DNA of 64,000 nt, from contig CAYXJO010000008.1 of the NCBI GenBank assembly GCA_964465205.1, positions 2,164-66,163 on the forward strand. Direction: 5' to 3'. This DNA comes from an uncultured Gammaproteobacteria bacterium. Lineage in GTDB: Bacteria; Patescibacteriota; Patescibacteriia; Magasanikbacterales; GWA2-37-8. Every line of letters starts with the position of its first letter. Positions within the stretch are counted from its first letter, which is position 1. A model generated the notes under the pieces. The model was given only the letters and a program-made list of their open reading frames with translations. It searched no databases and was not told the DNA's origin. Below, in pieces: positions 50,897 to 60,741 of this stretch. Position numbers and translations under genes: made by a program.

Positions 50897-51883
50897 TTAT
50901 AAAACCACTGCCAGTTCTCTCTTCTCGGTGTTCATCTCTACTGAATTTCCGATCGGTAAAGTAAGCATGGGATCTGTGTGACCGAAGTCAACCCCCATGA
51001 TTACCGGGATGGTTAGATTATTAAACACTGTGGTTAGTATGTTTTTTAAATTTTCCGAAGTCACCCCACTCTTATTTTGGAAACGACCAAACACCAAACC
51101 GCGCACTTTTTCCAAATAGTTGGCTTGTTTCATGTGGGTAAGCATGCGTTGAATGGTCGCAATAGATTCTTCCTCATCATCTTCCAAAAATAGTATGGAA
51201 TCATCTAAATCAAACATGTATTTGGTGCCAAATAGTTTGCTCATAGTATTCAAATTACCAGCTACCAGTTTGCCTTGGGCTGTACCCGAATTTATTATTT
51301 GCCAGCCGGTATTTGATGTAAAATTTCTGGCACGCACATCTTCTTTATCCCAAAGCAACATCTCCTCTGTCCAGTTTTCGGAGCTGGGCAGGACATATCT
51401 TTCGCCAGTACCGATTTTTGATAATACTTTTACAAATGATTCTTTGGTAAAGTTTTGGATTTCCGGATATTCCCCAAATTGTGGCAACACCATCGGGCCT
51501 AGCAAACATTTAATGTTGGCTAATCGAGATAGTGCACCGTGCATAACCGTGATGTCACTATAGCCAATAAATGGCTTGGGGTTTTTTGCAATTAAATCAT
51601 AGTTTAGTTTTTCCAGCACATCATTGGCACTATAGCCACCAATGGTAGCCATGATAGCCTTTACCTGCGGATCGGCAAACATATTATTGATGTCGGAAGC
51701 TCTCTGTATTGCTGTGCCGGCAGTAAAGTTTGTTATCGCCGAAACATGCTCGCCTAGTTTTACCACAAAACCCATCGATTCCAGCATTTTTACCCCACGT
51801 TCTAGGCGCTTGGGGCAAAAGCCCGCGATAGGCGCTGAAGGTGAAACTATACCAATTGTATCCCCCTGTTTTAATGTTAACAT
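50897..51883 (-). CDS. S66 peptidase, MccF-like
   Basis: GYSD Ser, FLED Glu, DFGH His; WTEEMLLW loop. Confidence 0.9.
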   Translation of the reverse strand: MLTLKQGDTIGIVSPSAPIAGFCPKRLERGVKMLESMGFVVKLGEHVSAITNFTAGTAIQRASDINNMFADPQVKAIMATIGGYSANDVLEKLNYDLIAKNPKPFIGYSDITVMHGALSRLANIKCLLGPMVLPQFGEYPEIQNFTKESFVKVLSKIGTGERYVLPSSENWTEEMLLWDKEDVRARNFTSNTGWQIINSGTAQGKLVAGNLNTMSKLFGTKYMFDLDDSILFLEDDEEESIATIQRMLTHMKQANYLEKVRGLVFGRFQNKSGVTSENLKNILTTVFNNLTIPVIMGVDFGHTDPMLTLPIGNSVEMNTEKRELAVVL

Positions 51884-51887
51884 AAAA

Positions 51888-52736
51888 TTATTTTTTGGCG
51901 ATAATCAGCAAAGCATTGCTACGACCTACAATATTGGTATCAGCATAATGCGCTAATTCTAGATCTAAGATTTTATCAAAATTATTTGTATCGGTTAATT
52001 TATTGGTGATTTGTTCAGTACTACCGTGCACTTTGGTCTCTTCCATGCCCGGATAAATAAAGTTTGGTCCGCCCAGTACGCGTACCTCGCTAAAACCATT
52101 ATCTAAATAAATTTTGCGGGCTTCGTCGGGGGTGAAGCAATGAATAGCAGGCATGTCATCATTGAATCTGATTTTGGAAGTTGCACGAATGCTGTCTAGT
52201 TCTTTAAGGCGATTCGTGAGAATGGAGAAGTAATAAGCATGGTATTTGTTTACCACAATACTGATGTGCAAACCACCGGTTTTTAATTTTTTTGAAATTT
52301 CACTTAAAGCTTGACCGGGACGTTCCACGAAACTGATTACATTATAAAATGAGATCGACCAGTCAAATTTTTCGTCAGCAATGCTCGACAGGTCTTCAAT
52401 GTTGCCAACCGAACAAGAATATTTTTTGTCCAATCCTTTTTGAATAATTTTTTTCTCTGCCTCGGCTAGCATTTTTGGTGAAATGTCCATTAATTGGCCA
52501 CCGGTAATTTTGTCACCAAATAAATCTTCTAGAACCATAGTCCAGCGACCGGTGCCGGCGCCGGCGTCGAGTAGTTGTACGTTTTTTTTGATGGACAAAT
52601 CGGCGCCCAACTCTTTGTGTAATACGGCTTTAAAAAATTTATCTGATAACACCCAGTATAACTGTTGATCAACATCATCATAGGCTGCGGCCTTTTGGTC
52701 GAAATACTCCACCACGTTTTGATAATAGCTGCTCAT
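51888..52736 (-). CDS. Class I SAM-dependent methyltransferase
   Basis: LLDAGAGTG, DISPKML, LKTGG. Confidence 0.88.
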   Translation of the reverse strand: MSSYYQNVVEYFDQKAAAYDDVDQQLYWVLSDKFFKAVLHKELGADLSIKKNVQLLDAGAGTGRWTMVLEDLFGDKITGGQLMDISPKMLAEAEKKIIQKGLDKKYSCSVGNIEDLSSIADEKFDWSISFYNVISFVERPGQALSEISKKLKTGGLHISIVVNKYHAYYFSILTNRLKELDSIRATSKIRFNDDMPAIHCFTPDEARKIYLDNGFSEVRVLGGPNFIYPGMEETKVHGSTEQITNKLTDTNNFDKILDLELAHYADTNIVGRSNALLIIAKK

Positions 52737-52739
52737 ATT

Positions 52740-53858
52740 TTATGGATAAGTAATTATGTTTTTTAATCGTGGGTAGATAATGACATCGCGAATGCTGCTG
52801 CGGCAAAGGGCCCAGGCCAGAAAGCGTTCGATGCCCAAACCAAAACCGGAAGTTGTTTGATAGCCGGGCTGACGTCGTAAGTTAATGTACCATTCATATG
52901 GATCGGCAGATAGATTTTGTCTGCGTAATGAATCAAACATTTCTTCGGGGCGATCTTGTCTTTGTCCGCAACCCAATATTTCACCACCAAAAGATTTGTC
53001 TGTTAGTGCGGGAAAGATTAAATCGGCGTTGATTACCTTATTTAAATTATTGGGATCTGGTTTTTGATAAAACGGCACGCGATCGCGGTCGTAATGTGTT
53101 ATCCAAAATGGCGTTTTGGCCTGTAAAATTTTTGCCAACTCCAACTCTCCTCGTGCGCTAATATCTCGGCCGTGTTCAGTATAGTTGACCTGATTTTGAT
53201 GGCCGTTTTTTTCAAGCAAGCTCACAGCTTCATCAAAAGTTACACGAGGAAATTTATTGGCGATGATTGTATTTTGTAAGGCGGTTTGGGTAATACTGGA
53301 GCAAGTGCCGATTACGTCGACAATATTTGGTAACTGTAGTAATGCATAGCACAAGGTTTTGACGTACTCTTCTATAATCGGAAATAAATCTTCCAAGGGA
53401 GCGCGCATTTCAGCCTCACAATGAAAGAATTGATTCAAATGTCGATCGTCCCAGTCCTCGCCGCGCATTGATGGTAAATAGCAGTACACCAAATTAAGGC
53501 CGTTTAGGAGCAGCGGTTCAAATCCAAATTGCGAAGAATCTGTTAAAAAAGAATGTAAGTTACCAAATTTAATTGGGATGGCGGCGGAATTTGATCCCGG
53601 CCCCATAGGCGAAGAAACACTCGGAGTTAGCATGAATAGGTCGATTTTTTGAGCACCGTGTTTGTTATAAAAATAATCATCGCAGGTGGCTGAAATGAAA
53701 CTTCGCAGAATTAGAAGTGCACGGTAGTATTGATTGTTGGTAAGATGCAAATAATGCTCTTCCGGACTATATGTCGGAAGCGCAAAATCACTCTTATCAG
53801 CATTTTCAAAATGCGTATTTATTTGGGCAGCGTTTTTTAGTTGGTGTTCAGATAACAT
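52740..53858 (-). CDS. AsnRS/AspRS-like catalytic domain without anticodon-binding domain
   Basis: LTDSSQ, MRGE...RHLNQFFHCEAE, EILGCGQR, SGFGLGIER; no OB-fold. Confidence 0.85.
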   Translation of the reverse strand: MLSEHQLKNAAQINTHFENADKSDFALPTYSPEEHYLHLTNNQYYRALLILRSFISATCDDYFYNKHGAQKIDLFMLTPSVSSPMGPGSNSAAIPIKFGNLHSFLTDSSQFGFEPLLLNGLNLVYCYLPSMRGEDWDDRHLNQFFHCEAEMRAPLEDLFPIIEEYVKTLCYALLQLPNIVDVIGTCSSITQTALQNTIIANKFPRVTFDEAVSLLEKNGHQNQVNYTEHGRDISARGELELAKILQAKTPFWITHYDRDRVPFYQKPDPNNLNKVINADLIFPALTDKSFGGEILGCGQRQDRPEEMFDSLRRQNLSADPYEWYINLRRQPGYQTTSGFGLGIERFLAWALCRSSIRDVIIYPRLKNIITYP

Positions 53859-53958
53859 ACCTTAATTATAAATAGTATGATTAACTATGAGTCTACAACT
53901 AATTTTGGTATTTGTCAATCCGCACACCCAACACCCAAAAGTTGGGTTGTATTGGCTA

Positions 53959-54732
53959 TCATCTTCGGATTTTTACTACGATGTATAGCAAAAAAGCAGC
54001 TTTACGAAAAAGGCGGGCAGTAATTTTGTTGAGTTTACTGAATATGCCCACTGGGGTCTCTATGGTGAGGGCACTTCCGACGTAGCTAGTTGTTATTTGT
54101 TCAATGTTTATTTGCAGTTCTGCTGCTGAAATGCGCAAAAGTTCGCGCATTGTGCTTTCGTTGTAATTTTTTTCATCGAGCAGCCGATATCCTTTTATCC
54201 AAAATGTAAATGGTTTTAAAACCTGTAATGATAACAATTTTGCTTTGATTATCGCCGGGGAGAAAAAATTTGGCACACCAATACACAGATATCCATCGTC
54301 GGCAGTTAGTTTTATCATGTTTTTGACGACTTTTTTGGCTTGATCAAAATCATAGTGCTCAATTACACCGGTGTTCCAGCATAAATTAAACCTTTTTTCA
54401 GGTAGTTGCGGGATAAAAATATCTCCGCTGTAGAATTCCACATTATTTACGCGATGATATTGAGCTAGTTGTCGGGAGCAATGTAATGCATTCTGGGAGC
54501 TGTCCAAAAGGGTTACTGTTTTTACTTTGTTTGCTAAACGCAGCGATGAATTCCCGGATCCAGAGCCATACTCTATGATGTTTGAAGTTGCATCCAGTGG
54601 GACATTGTCGAGGGTGAATTTTTCTATTTGGTCATAGCAGTCTACCCACCAATGGTGGTTTATTTCCTGGAATGATTCAACGGGGTGATTTCGCTCAAAT
54701 TCGTGTTCCCAATCCGAAGGAGTGTTTGTCAT
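53959..54732 (-). CDS. Class I SAM-dependent methyltransferase
   Basis: IEYGSGSG, LDSS, GVIEH, VPN. Confidence 0.85.
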   Translation of the reverse strand: MTNTPSDWEHEFERNHPVESFQEINHHWWVDCYDQIEKFTLDNVPLDATSNIIEYGSGSGNSSLRLANKVKTVTLLDSSQNALHCSRQLAQYHRVNNVEFYSGDIFIPQLPEKRFNLCWNTGVIEHYDFDQAKKVVKNMIKLTADDGYLCIGVPNFFSPAIIKAKLLSLQVLKPFTFWIKGYRLLDEKNYNESTMRELLRISAAELQINIEQITTSYVGSALTIETPVGIFSKLNKITARLFRKAAFLLYIVVKIRR

Positions 54733-54872
54733 AGTATCTTATTATGTTATTTTGTGTTTTAATTATACCTTATTTTGTTTTTTTAAAAAACGGTTGAGAT
54801 CGTTGACAAGCTTCGGTTTTTGTGTGATGATTAGGATGGTTTATTCATAGTCATGGCGAATAGGAGGCCAAC

Positions 54873-55190
54873 ATGTTTGGATGGTTTAAACGTTTGTTCC
54901 CGAAAGTTGTCCACGACATTGACGAGTTTGTCTCGGCAATTGCGGTGGATCACCCTAGACTGGCTACAGTACGGACACGCGTCGCTTGTGGAGGTGTACC
55001 GTTAGTAGCTGCCCGTTGTCTTTCGGCATATAAGCCTAACTGCTATTTGGAGGTCGTGGGTACAGATAGCGAAGGTGGACGAGTGATTCTGATCGTACCT
55101 GCCGGCACCAACGGTCAACAGATGAATCTGGCGTTGCAGCAGTTAGTCGCAGATTTGCACGCCCGATCCATTAATCACACTTTGGCTTGA
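54873..55190 (+). CDS. Hypothetical protein
   Basis: AGGAGG SD and upstream TTGACA. Confidence 0.55.
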   Translation: MFGWFKRLFPKVVHDIDEFVSAIAVDHPRLATVRTRVACGGVPLVAARCLSAYKPNCYLEVVGTDSEGGRVILIVPAGTNGQQMNLALQQLVADLHARSINHTLA

Positions 55191-55218
55191 GTTGCCAAAC
55201 AGAAAGGAGAACTAGACA

Positions 55219-55629
55219 ATGAGAAACACTGCCGGCATCGCTCTCTTTCTTGGCATCCCGGAAGTTGAGGTCATGATGGCTCTGGGGATGCAATTTGTGC
55301 CTTCCACTCAGGTGGAGGCTCGAGACTACTACCGCTTGTTGTCTAACGACACAAGCACCACTCGCCAAAATAAGGCTGTGATTATGCGGCTTTGGCGTAA
55401 ATTCACGCGCGAAGCCGTGTTGTCTGCCAACACTGTCGATGAGGCTAAAAGTGCCTTTTTCCGAGCCCCGGATGTTGATTCGGAGAAGGTCGCTGCTTTG
55501 AAGAAGTGGCTAAGCCTTGAGCAGAGTCGTGATGGGCTACGAGAGATCGTACGCAACACCAATAACACTGGTCGGTTGGAGGGTGTGCGCAGGTCAGCTA
55601 TTAAGAAGTTGGCCGAGATACACTTCTAG
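55219..55629 (+). CDS. Hypothetical helical protein
   Basis: AAGGAG SD, follows the previous ORF. Confidence 0.55.
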   Translation: MRNTAGIALFLGIPEVEVMMALGMQFVPSTQVEARDYYRLLSNDTSTTRQNKAVIMRLWRKFTREAVLSANTVDEAKSAFFRAPDVDSEKVAALKKWLSLEQSRDGLREIVRNTNNTGRLEGVRRSAIKKLAEIHF

Positions 55630-55767
55630 CTGCATGCTCTTTTGTATCTACGCAATATCAATACAGGTGTCTATCCGGATCTAGCTACGGCTGATCCGGT
55701 TTTTTGTTGACTGGCGTAAATTTACATGTTACAATTTTTGTAATTATTTTGGTAATAATAACTATTT

Positions 55768-58407
55768 ATGTGTAGGAGGAGGGTCATAATATTTTCTGCT
55801 GCTATTATTAGCAGTTTTTTTGTTTGTCTTAATCCAGTATTTGCAAAAGTGCTAATCGGCGCGGTGGCGCCACAACTATCTACCGCCGAGAATGAATATG
55901 TGGAATTATATAATTATAGTAGCACCAGTGTGAATTTGGCTGGTTGGTCTTTGAAAAAAATAGCCAGCACCGGCTCATCGTCTACGTTGGTTTCGGATTT
56001 TGGCGCTGCCCACATTGTTCCTTTTGGTTATTTTTTGGTGGCGCATAATAATTATTTACCAATTGACGGTGTGGCGGCGGATAAAGTTTATACGGTTAAC
56101 TCTAACAATCTAGCAGCTATAAATAACGGCGTAATTTTAATTGACGACGTCGGTCAATTAATAGATGCAGTATTCTGGGGTAATGTATCCTCGAGTTTGT
56201 TTGTTTCTGGCGTTGCCAATCCTGGTACTAACAAAAGTTTGGTGCGCCGGCCGGATGACGAAACAGGGAATTTTGTGGATTCTGATGATTGTGGTTTGGA
56301 TTTTTTTGAGATTGACCCGATGCCGCGTAATAGTTTGAGTGAAGCGCGGCCGATTTGGATAGTGCCAATCGAAGCCACTACGACCCCGACCACTACCGTG
56401 CCTACCACTACCACTGAGGGCGATGTAGGCACATCTTCTCTTTGGTCAATGTTACGATTGAGTGAAGTGGTGAGCGACCCCAATGAGGGCGATGAATGGG
56501 TTGAGTTGTGGAACGGCGCCAGTAGTAGTTTGGATTTGTCGGGTGGTTTGATTTGTGACAGTCGCGGTATTGACGCCAGCAGTACTGCTTGTAAAGACTT
56601 GTTGGGGGTTATTAGCCCGTTAGATTTTTTTGTATTTTCTTGGGGTGGATATTTTTTGAACAACGACACTCCTGATAGTGTGGTATTGAAAAGTCCCAGT
56701 GGCGAAATAATTGATCGACTAGATTATGGTGATGGTGGGCGAGTAAGTGCGCCCGAAAAAGGCGAATCTTTGGCACGCTATCCAGATGGTATGGGTGATT
56801 GGTGGATTACTACCGATATCACTTCTGGCACAGCGAATCATATTGTGGCACCGACTGTGGGTGGGTCGGGCGGTGGGTCGAATTATTACCCAACTACTCC
56901 AATTGTCTCCAACACCACGACTAAAGTTTTGGTAAAGAAAGATTCTGCCACATTAAGTAAAAAAGACAATAGTATCATTTGGAAAATAACTTACCCCACA
57001 AAAATTATAATTGGTGTTACAACCACCTTTGTTGCTACCGGAACGTTGGATATGCGGGGCGGAAAATTTTCTTTTATTTGGAATTTTGGCGAAGGAGTTA
57101 CTACTACCGGGGCGACACCCGGCGTAGTATTTGTTTCATCTGGCGTACATTATATAAACATTTTTGCAACCAGCACCGCCGGCAGTGTGGGTGAGAAGCA
57201 AATAAAAATAATGGTGTACCCCACTACCACTACTGCTAGTGCGGTAGTGATCAGTGCGGTGTTGCCAAACGAAACCGGCACGGATGACAGTGAATATATA
57301 AAAATAAAAAACACCGGTACCAGCACAACTGATATTTCACGCTGGAAGATTTTGTACAAAAGTGACGTGTACCAAATTCCGGCAAGCACTACCATCATTG
57401 GTGGTGATGAGCTGGTGTTTTACAAAGCGATTACCAAATTTAATTTAAACAATAGCGGTGGTGAAGTGGAGTTGCGAGACGTGAATGATTTTTTGGTGGA
57501 TGTTTTTGGCTACGGCAAAACCAAAGAGGGGGTTGAGATTGTGAGTAGTGCGACGTCGTCGGTAGGTGTGATTAGTAGTTCCACCGGCAAAGTTGCACCT
57601 ATTAAATTGGCCAGAGTGGTTGCTAGTAAAATAGCCAATGCGTATTTAGGTCTGGTTTCGCTGGAACAAGCTCGTGCGGCCGAAGATAATGTGGTGACGC
57701 GGGTGCGTGGTTTGGTGACAGCTTTGCCGGGCGTGTTTGGTAGTCAGTATTTTTATATTTTCGATGGTGTGCAAGGGTTACAAATTTATCAAAACAAAAA
57801 AGATTTTCCCGCTCTGCAGGTGGGTGACGGTGTAGAAGTGTATGGTACTTTGGGCACAGCTTATGGTGCGCGGCGTCTGCGGGTAAAGACCGATAGCGAC
57901 GTGGATATTTTGTCTACCCAGAATTCTATTAAACCTTTGGTGGTCGAGATTTCGGAAATAGATGAATTCAATTTGGGTGCACTTATTAAAATTAGTGGTA
58001 CGATCACCGAGATCAAAAGTAACTTTATGTATGTGGATGATGGCACATCGGAAGCAGTGGTGTATTTCAAAAAGGGTGCGCAAATAGATAAGAAAAGATT
58101 TAAAGAAGGAGAAAATATGGAGGTGGTGGGTGTGTTGGAGAAGGGGAGTAGTGGTTTGCAAATCTGGCCACGTTCCCAAGAGGATTTGGTGTCGTTGGGG
58201 TTGTCCGAAGATTTGATCAAGAGTCAGGCATTGTTACAACAGACACAGAATGACTCCAAGAAAATGGCCGAAACATACCTGACCACTACTGCCGGCGGTA
58301 TTACCGCATTACTTCTGGCATTTTTGGCACGAGCACGTGGGGCGTTAATTGTGGGTGGGGTCAAAAAAGTTGCTCAACTAGCTGTCAAAATTATTGGTCG
58401 AGGATGA
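55768..58407 (+). CDS. Secreted protein with lamin-tail domains, a PKD-like domain and OB-folds
   Basis: EYVELYN, EWVELWN, EYIKIKN; WNFGEG; VRGLVT...YIFDG and VDDGT; C-terminal TM. Confidence 0.8.
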   Translation: MCRRRVIIFSAAIISSFFVCLNPVFAKVLIGAVAPQLSTAENEYVELYNYSSTSVNLAGWSLKKIASTGSSSTLVSDFGAAHIVPFGYFLVAHNNYLPIDGVAADKVYTVNSNNLAAINNGVILIDDVGQLIDAVFWGNVSSSLFVSGVANPGTNKSLVRRPDDETGNFVDSDDCGLDFFEIDPMPRNSLSEARPIWIVPIEATTTPTTTVPTTTTEGDVGTSSLWSMLRLSEVVSDPNEGDEWVELWNGASSSLDLSGGLICDSRGIDASSTACKDLLGVISPLDFFVFSWGGYFLNNDTPDSVVLKSPSGEIIDRLDYGDGGRVSAPEKGESLARYPDGMGDWWITTDITSGTANHIVAPTVGGSGGGSNYYPTTPIVSNTTTKVLVKKDSATLSKKDNSIIWKITYPTKIIIGVTTTFVATGTLDMRGGKFSFIWNFGEGVTTTGATPGVVFVSSGVHYINIFATSTAGSVGEKQIKIMVYPTTTTASAVVISAVLPNETGTDDSEYIKIKNTGTSTTDISRWKILYKSDVYQIPASTTIIGGDELVFYKAITKFNLNNSGGEVELRDVNDFLVDVFGYGKTKEGVEIVSSATSSVGVISSSTGKVAPIKLARVVASKIANAYLGLVSLEQARAAEDNVVTRVRGLVTALPGVFGSQYFYIFDGVQGLQIYQNKKDFPALQVGDGVEVYGTLGTAYGARRLRVKTDSDVDILSTQNSIKPLVVEISEIDEFNLGALIKISGTITEIKSNFMYVDDGTSEAVVYFKKGAQIDKKRFKEGENMEVVGVLEKGSSGLQIWPRSQEDLVSLGLSEDLIKSQALLQQTQNDSKKMAETYLTTTAGGITALLLAFLARARGALIVGGVKKVAQLAVKIIGRG

Positions 58408-58502
58408 TTGACTTTTTCTTTTTTTTGTGGTAATTTGCTAGCAGTTTCTTTCATGTGGCTAGTACGTAACTAAACGCTCGTAAGAGAAAGGCGGATATAT
58501 AA

Positions 58503-59174
58503 ATGGAGCACGTGTTGAAAGTTTTTGGAGAGGGCTACGCTAAGTGGCGCGGGTTGGTACGGCCACTGGCTAAAGTGATCGGTCGACGGGTAAGTGCCAA
58601 CACTATTTCGGTGTTGCGCCCATTCGGGGCGCCGTTGGTGGTTCTGTTGGCCGCATTTGACCATCCCGGCATAGCCGTGGTGACATACATCATCTTGGCT
58701 TTGACAGATGCGCTAGATGGTGCGGTGGCTACCGCTCGTCAAGAAATGGGATATCAAGACGATCCCAAGCTCGGCGCATTTATGGATGCTTTCTGCGATA
58801 AGTTGTTTTGGTTGGTCATTGTGAGCGGTTTGTTCTCTATGGGTAGTTATGAGCATGTAGATGTGTGGGCTGTTGTATTATTTCTGGTGGCCTGCGTAGC
58901 GCTCGTCGTTACAGAAGGTGCCCTGGCGGTAGTACGTTTGGCGGATTACAGCTATGAGCGCACCCAGAACGGTCACGCGCACAAAGAACGATTATTACCC
59001 GCCACTCGTGCGGGTAAACTCAAGTTCGTGATTGAGTGTATTGGAGCCGGGGGATTGGTATTCACTCAACCGAACCTAGACTTTTGGTCGTTCTATGTGG
59101 CGTTGGGGTGTTTTGTAGCCGCTTTACCTTTCGCTATCAAGAGTTTGGCGGAGAAACTGCAAGCGAGACGATAG
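58503..59174 (+). CDS. CDP-alcohol phosphatidyltransferase
   Basis: DALDGAVA...GAFMDAFCD. Confidence 0.88.
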   Translation: MEHVLKVFGEGYAKWRGLVRPLAKVIGRRVSANTISVLRPFGAPLVVLLAAFDHPGIAVVTYIILALTDALDGAVATARQEMGYQDDPKLGAFMDAFCDKLFWLVIVSGLFSMGSYEHVDVWAVVLFLVACVALVVTEGALAVVRLADYSYERTQNGHAHKERLLPATRAGKLKFVIECIGAGGLVFTQPNLDFWSFYVALGCFVAALPFAIKSLAEKLQARR

Positions 59175-59225
59175 TCGAACTTGCAAAAAACAAAATCCGC
59201 GTCGGAGTCCCGACGCGGTATTTTT

Positions 59226-59591
59226 TTAAAGGATTTTTGATTCTAGCATTTCCGGCATAATGCCTTTGCTAAACGAGCATTGTCTGATACAGGTAACCAC
59301 TGCTGCGATCACTTCTTCGGTGTAGCCGGGTAATCTAGTAATTGCGTTTGCGGCAATTTTTGCGCTTTCTTCGGTTTCATTTTTACTTTCATGGCTATTC
59401 TTTTGGTAAACCACAATATCGTGGAATAATGCAGCTGGTACTAGGATATCCATGTTGGCCTTTTCTTTTTTGCCAATCATTTCTACCAAATTAAGTACTC
59501 GAAGTGCGTGTTGAAAGTCATGGCTAGGGTCGTGTTTAATTTGTTTCTCTTCGGCAATCTCTAATAATTTTGCGCGGGTATTTTTTTCCAT
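59226..59591 (-). pseudogene. C-terminally truncated HD-domain phosphohydrolase
   Basis: HDFQH and FHD present, but the ORF stops at ESKIL*, before the expected DADxLD motif. Confidence 0.65.
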
Positions 59592-59603
59592 ATTTTTTGC
59601 GAT

Positions 59604-60221
59604 TTAAAGATTGTGTTGGGTAATTTTTATTACATGGGCATCTTCGGGTCTGGAATCTTCGGATAGTAATAATAATTCTGAATTACCAAAATGAAATTGG
59701 TGCAGAATATCTTGCCAGTTGAGTTGGTAATATGCAGCATATATCATTTTGCCAGTATCGCCATGGGTAACAAATAGGACTGATCCATCGCGGTGTTTGT
59801 TTTTGATAAATTCTATTATTTTGCGACCTCGCTCTATTAGTTGTGGGAAAGTTTCGGCACCATCTGGAGATAGAAAATAGGTAATCGTTTTAGTTTTGAT
59901 AATATTGGGTCCACAAACTTGTTCGATATTTTGGTTGGATTGGCCTGTCATGATACCAAAATCGCGCTCTATTAGATCTGGGTATTTCGTTGGTTGGGGC
60001 AAATTTAAATAATCCGCCACGGTTTCGGCCGTGACGTAAGCGCGTTGTAGTGGTGAGCTGTATATTTTGTCGAAAGTTAGCCCCACTTCTTTGATATTTA
60101 TGGCCAGCTGGCGCGCTTGTTCTAGGCCAATCGCAGTAAGCGGTTCATCGCGTTGGCCGTTTAGAATACCATTAGCATTATCCTGGTCTTGTCCGTGACG
60201 CGCCAAATATATCTTTAGCAT
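59604..60221 (-). CDS. Histidine phosphatase (PGM family)
   Basis: RHG, SSPLQRA, ERDFG, VTHG. Confidence 0.9.
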   Translation of the reverse strand: MLKIYLARHGQDQDNANGILNGQRDEPLTAIGLEQARQLAINIKEVGLTFDKIYSSPLQRAYVTAETVADYLNLPQPTKYPDLIERDFGIMTGQSNQNIEQVCGPNIIKTKTITYFLSPDGAETFPQLIERGRKIIEFIKNKHRDGSVLFVTHGDTGKMIYAAYYQLNWQDILHQFHFGNSELLLLSEDSRPEDAHVIKITQHNL

Positions 60222-60309
60222 AGTGTGACAAAATTTTTTGAAGTATTTACATTTTAGTTGATGCTATGTTTCGTGTCAAAAAACCCCTCGCAGTCGAGGG
60301 GTTTTTGTT

Positions 60310-60570
60310 TTACATTTTTTTCTCTGCTGTTGTGCAGCAGCCGCTCTTTTGGCAAGCCTCGCCACATTTTTTACAGCTGCAAGCAAGCAGCATGACCAAG
60401 GCGGATAAGCCTACCAAGATGTAGACAACCTTTTCTACTATTGGCCAATTTCCGAACAGAACGTTTACTAAATTAAAATTGAGCAGTCCCACTAGGCCCC
60501 AATTAAGGGCGCCCACGACAGTGAGCACTCCGGCGACCATGTGCACCGGGCACATCTTGCATTTCATCAT
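60310..60570 (-). CDS. DUF378 membrane protein
   Basis: VGALNWGLVG...VYILVGLSA. Confidence 0.88.
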   Translation of the reverse strand: MMKCKMCPVHMVAGVLTVVGALNWGLVGLLNFNLVNVLFGNWPIVEKVVYILVGLSALVMLLACSCKKCGEACQKSGCCTTAEKKM

Positions 60571-60653
60571 AGGATGAAAGTTAAGAATTAAGTGTGGGTA
60601 TTATACCACAAAACAACACTGTCGGCTATTTGACTGTTTTTTGTATGAGAGTG

Positions 60654-60741
60654 CGGAAGGGGAGAGATTCGAACTCTCGAGACCCTTTCGGGCCTACCGC
60701 TTTTCGAGAGCGGCGCACTAGACCAACTATGCGACCCTTCC
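60654..60741 (-). tRNA. tRNA-Ser(CGA)
   Basis: GGAAGGG/CCCTTCC-G73, CCGCT-CTCGAAA-AGCGG, long variable arm. Confidence 0.95.

Noticed and set aside
46214-54732. Canonical microcin C operon
   Set aside because: No ThiF-family MccB, no exporter and no evident MccA precursor
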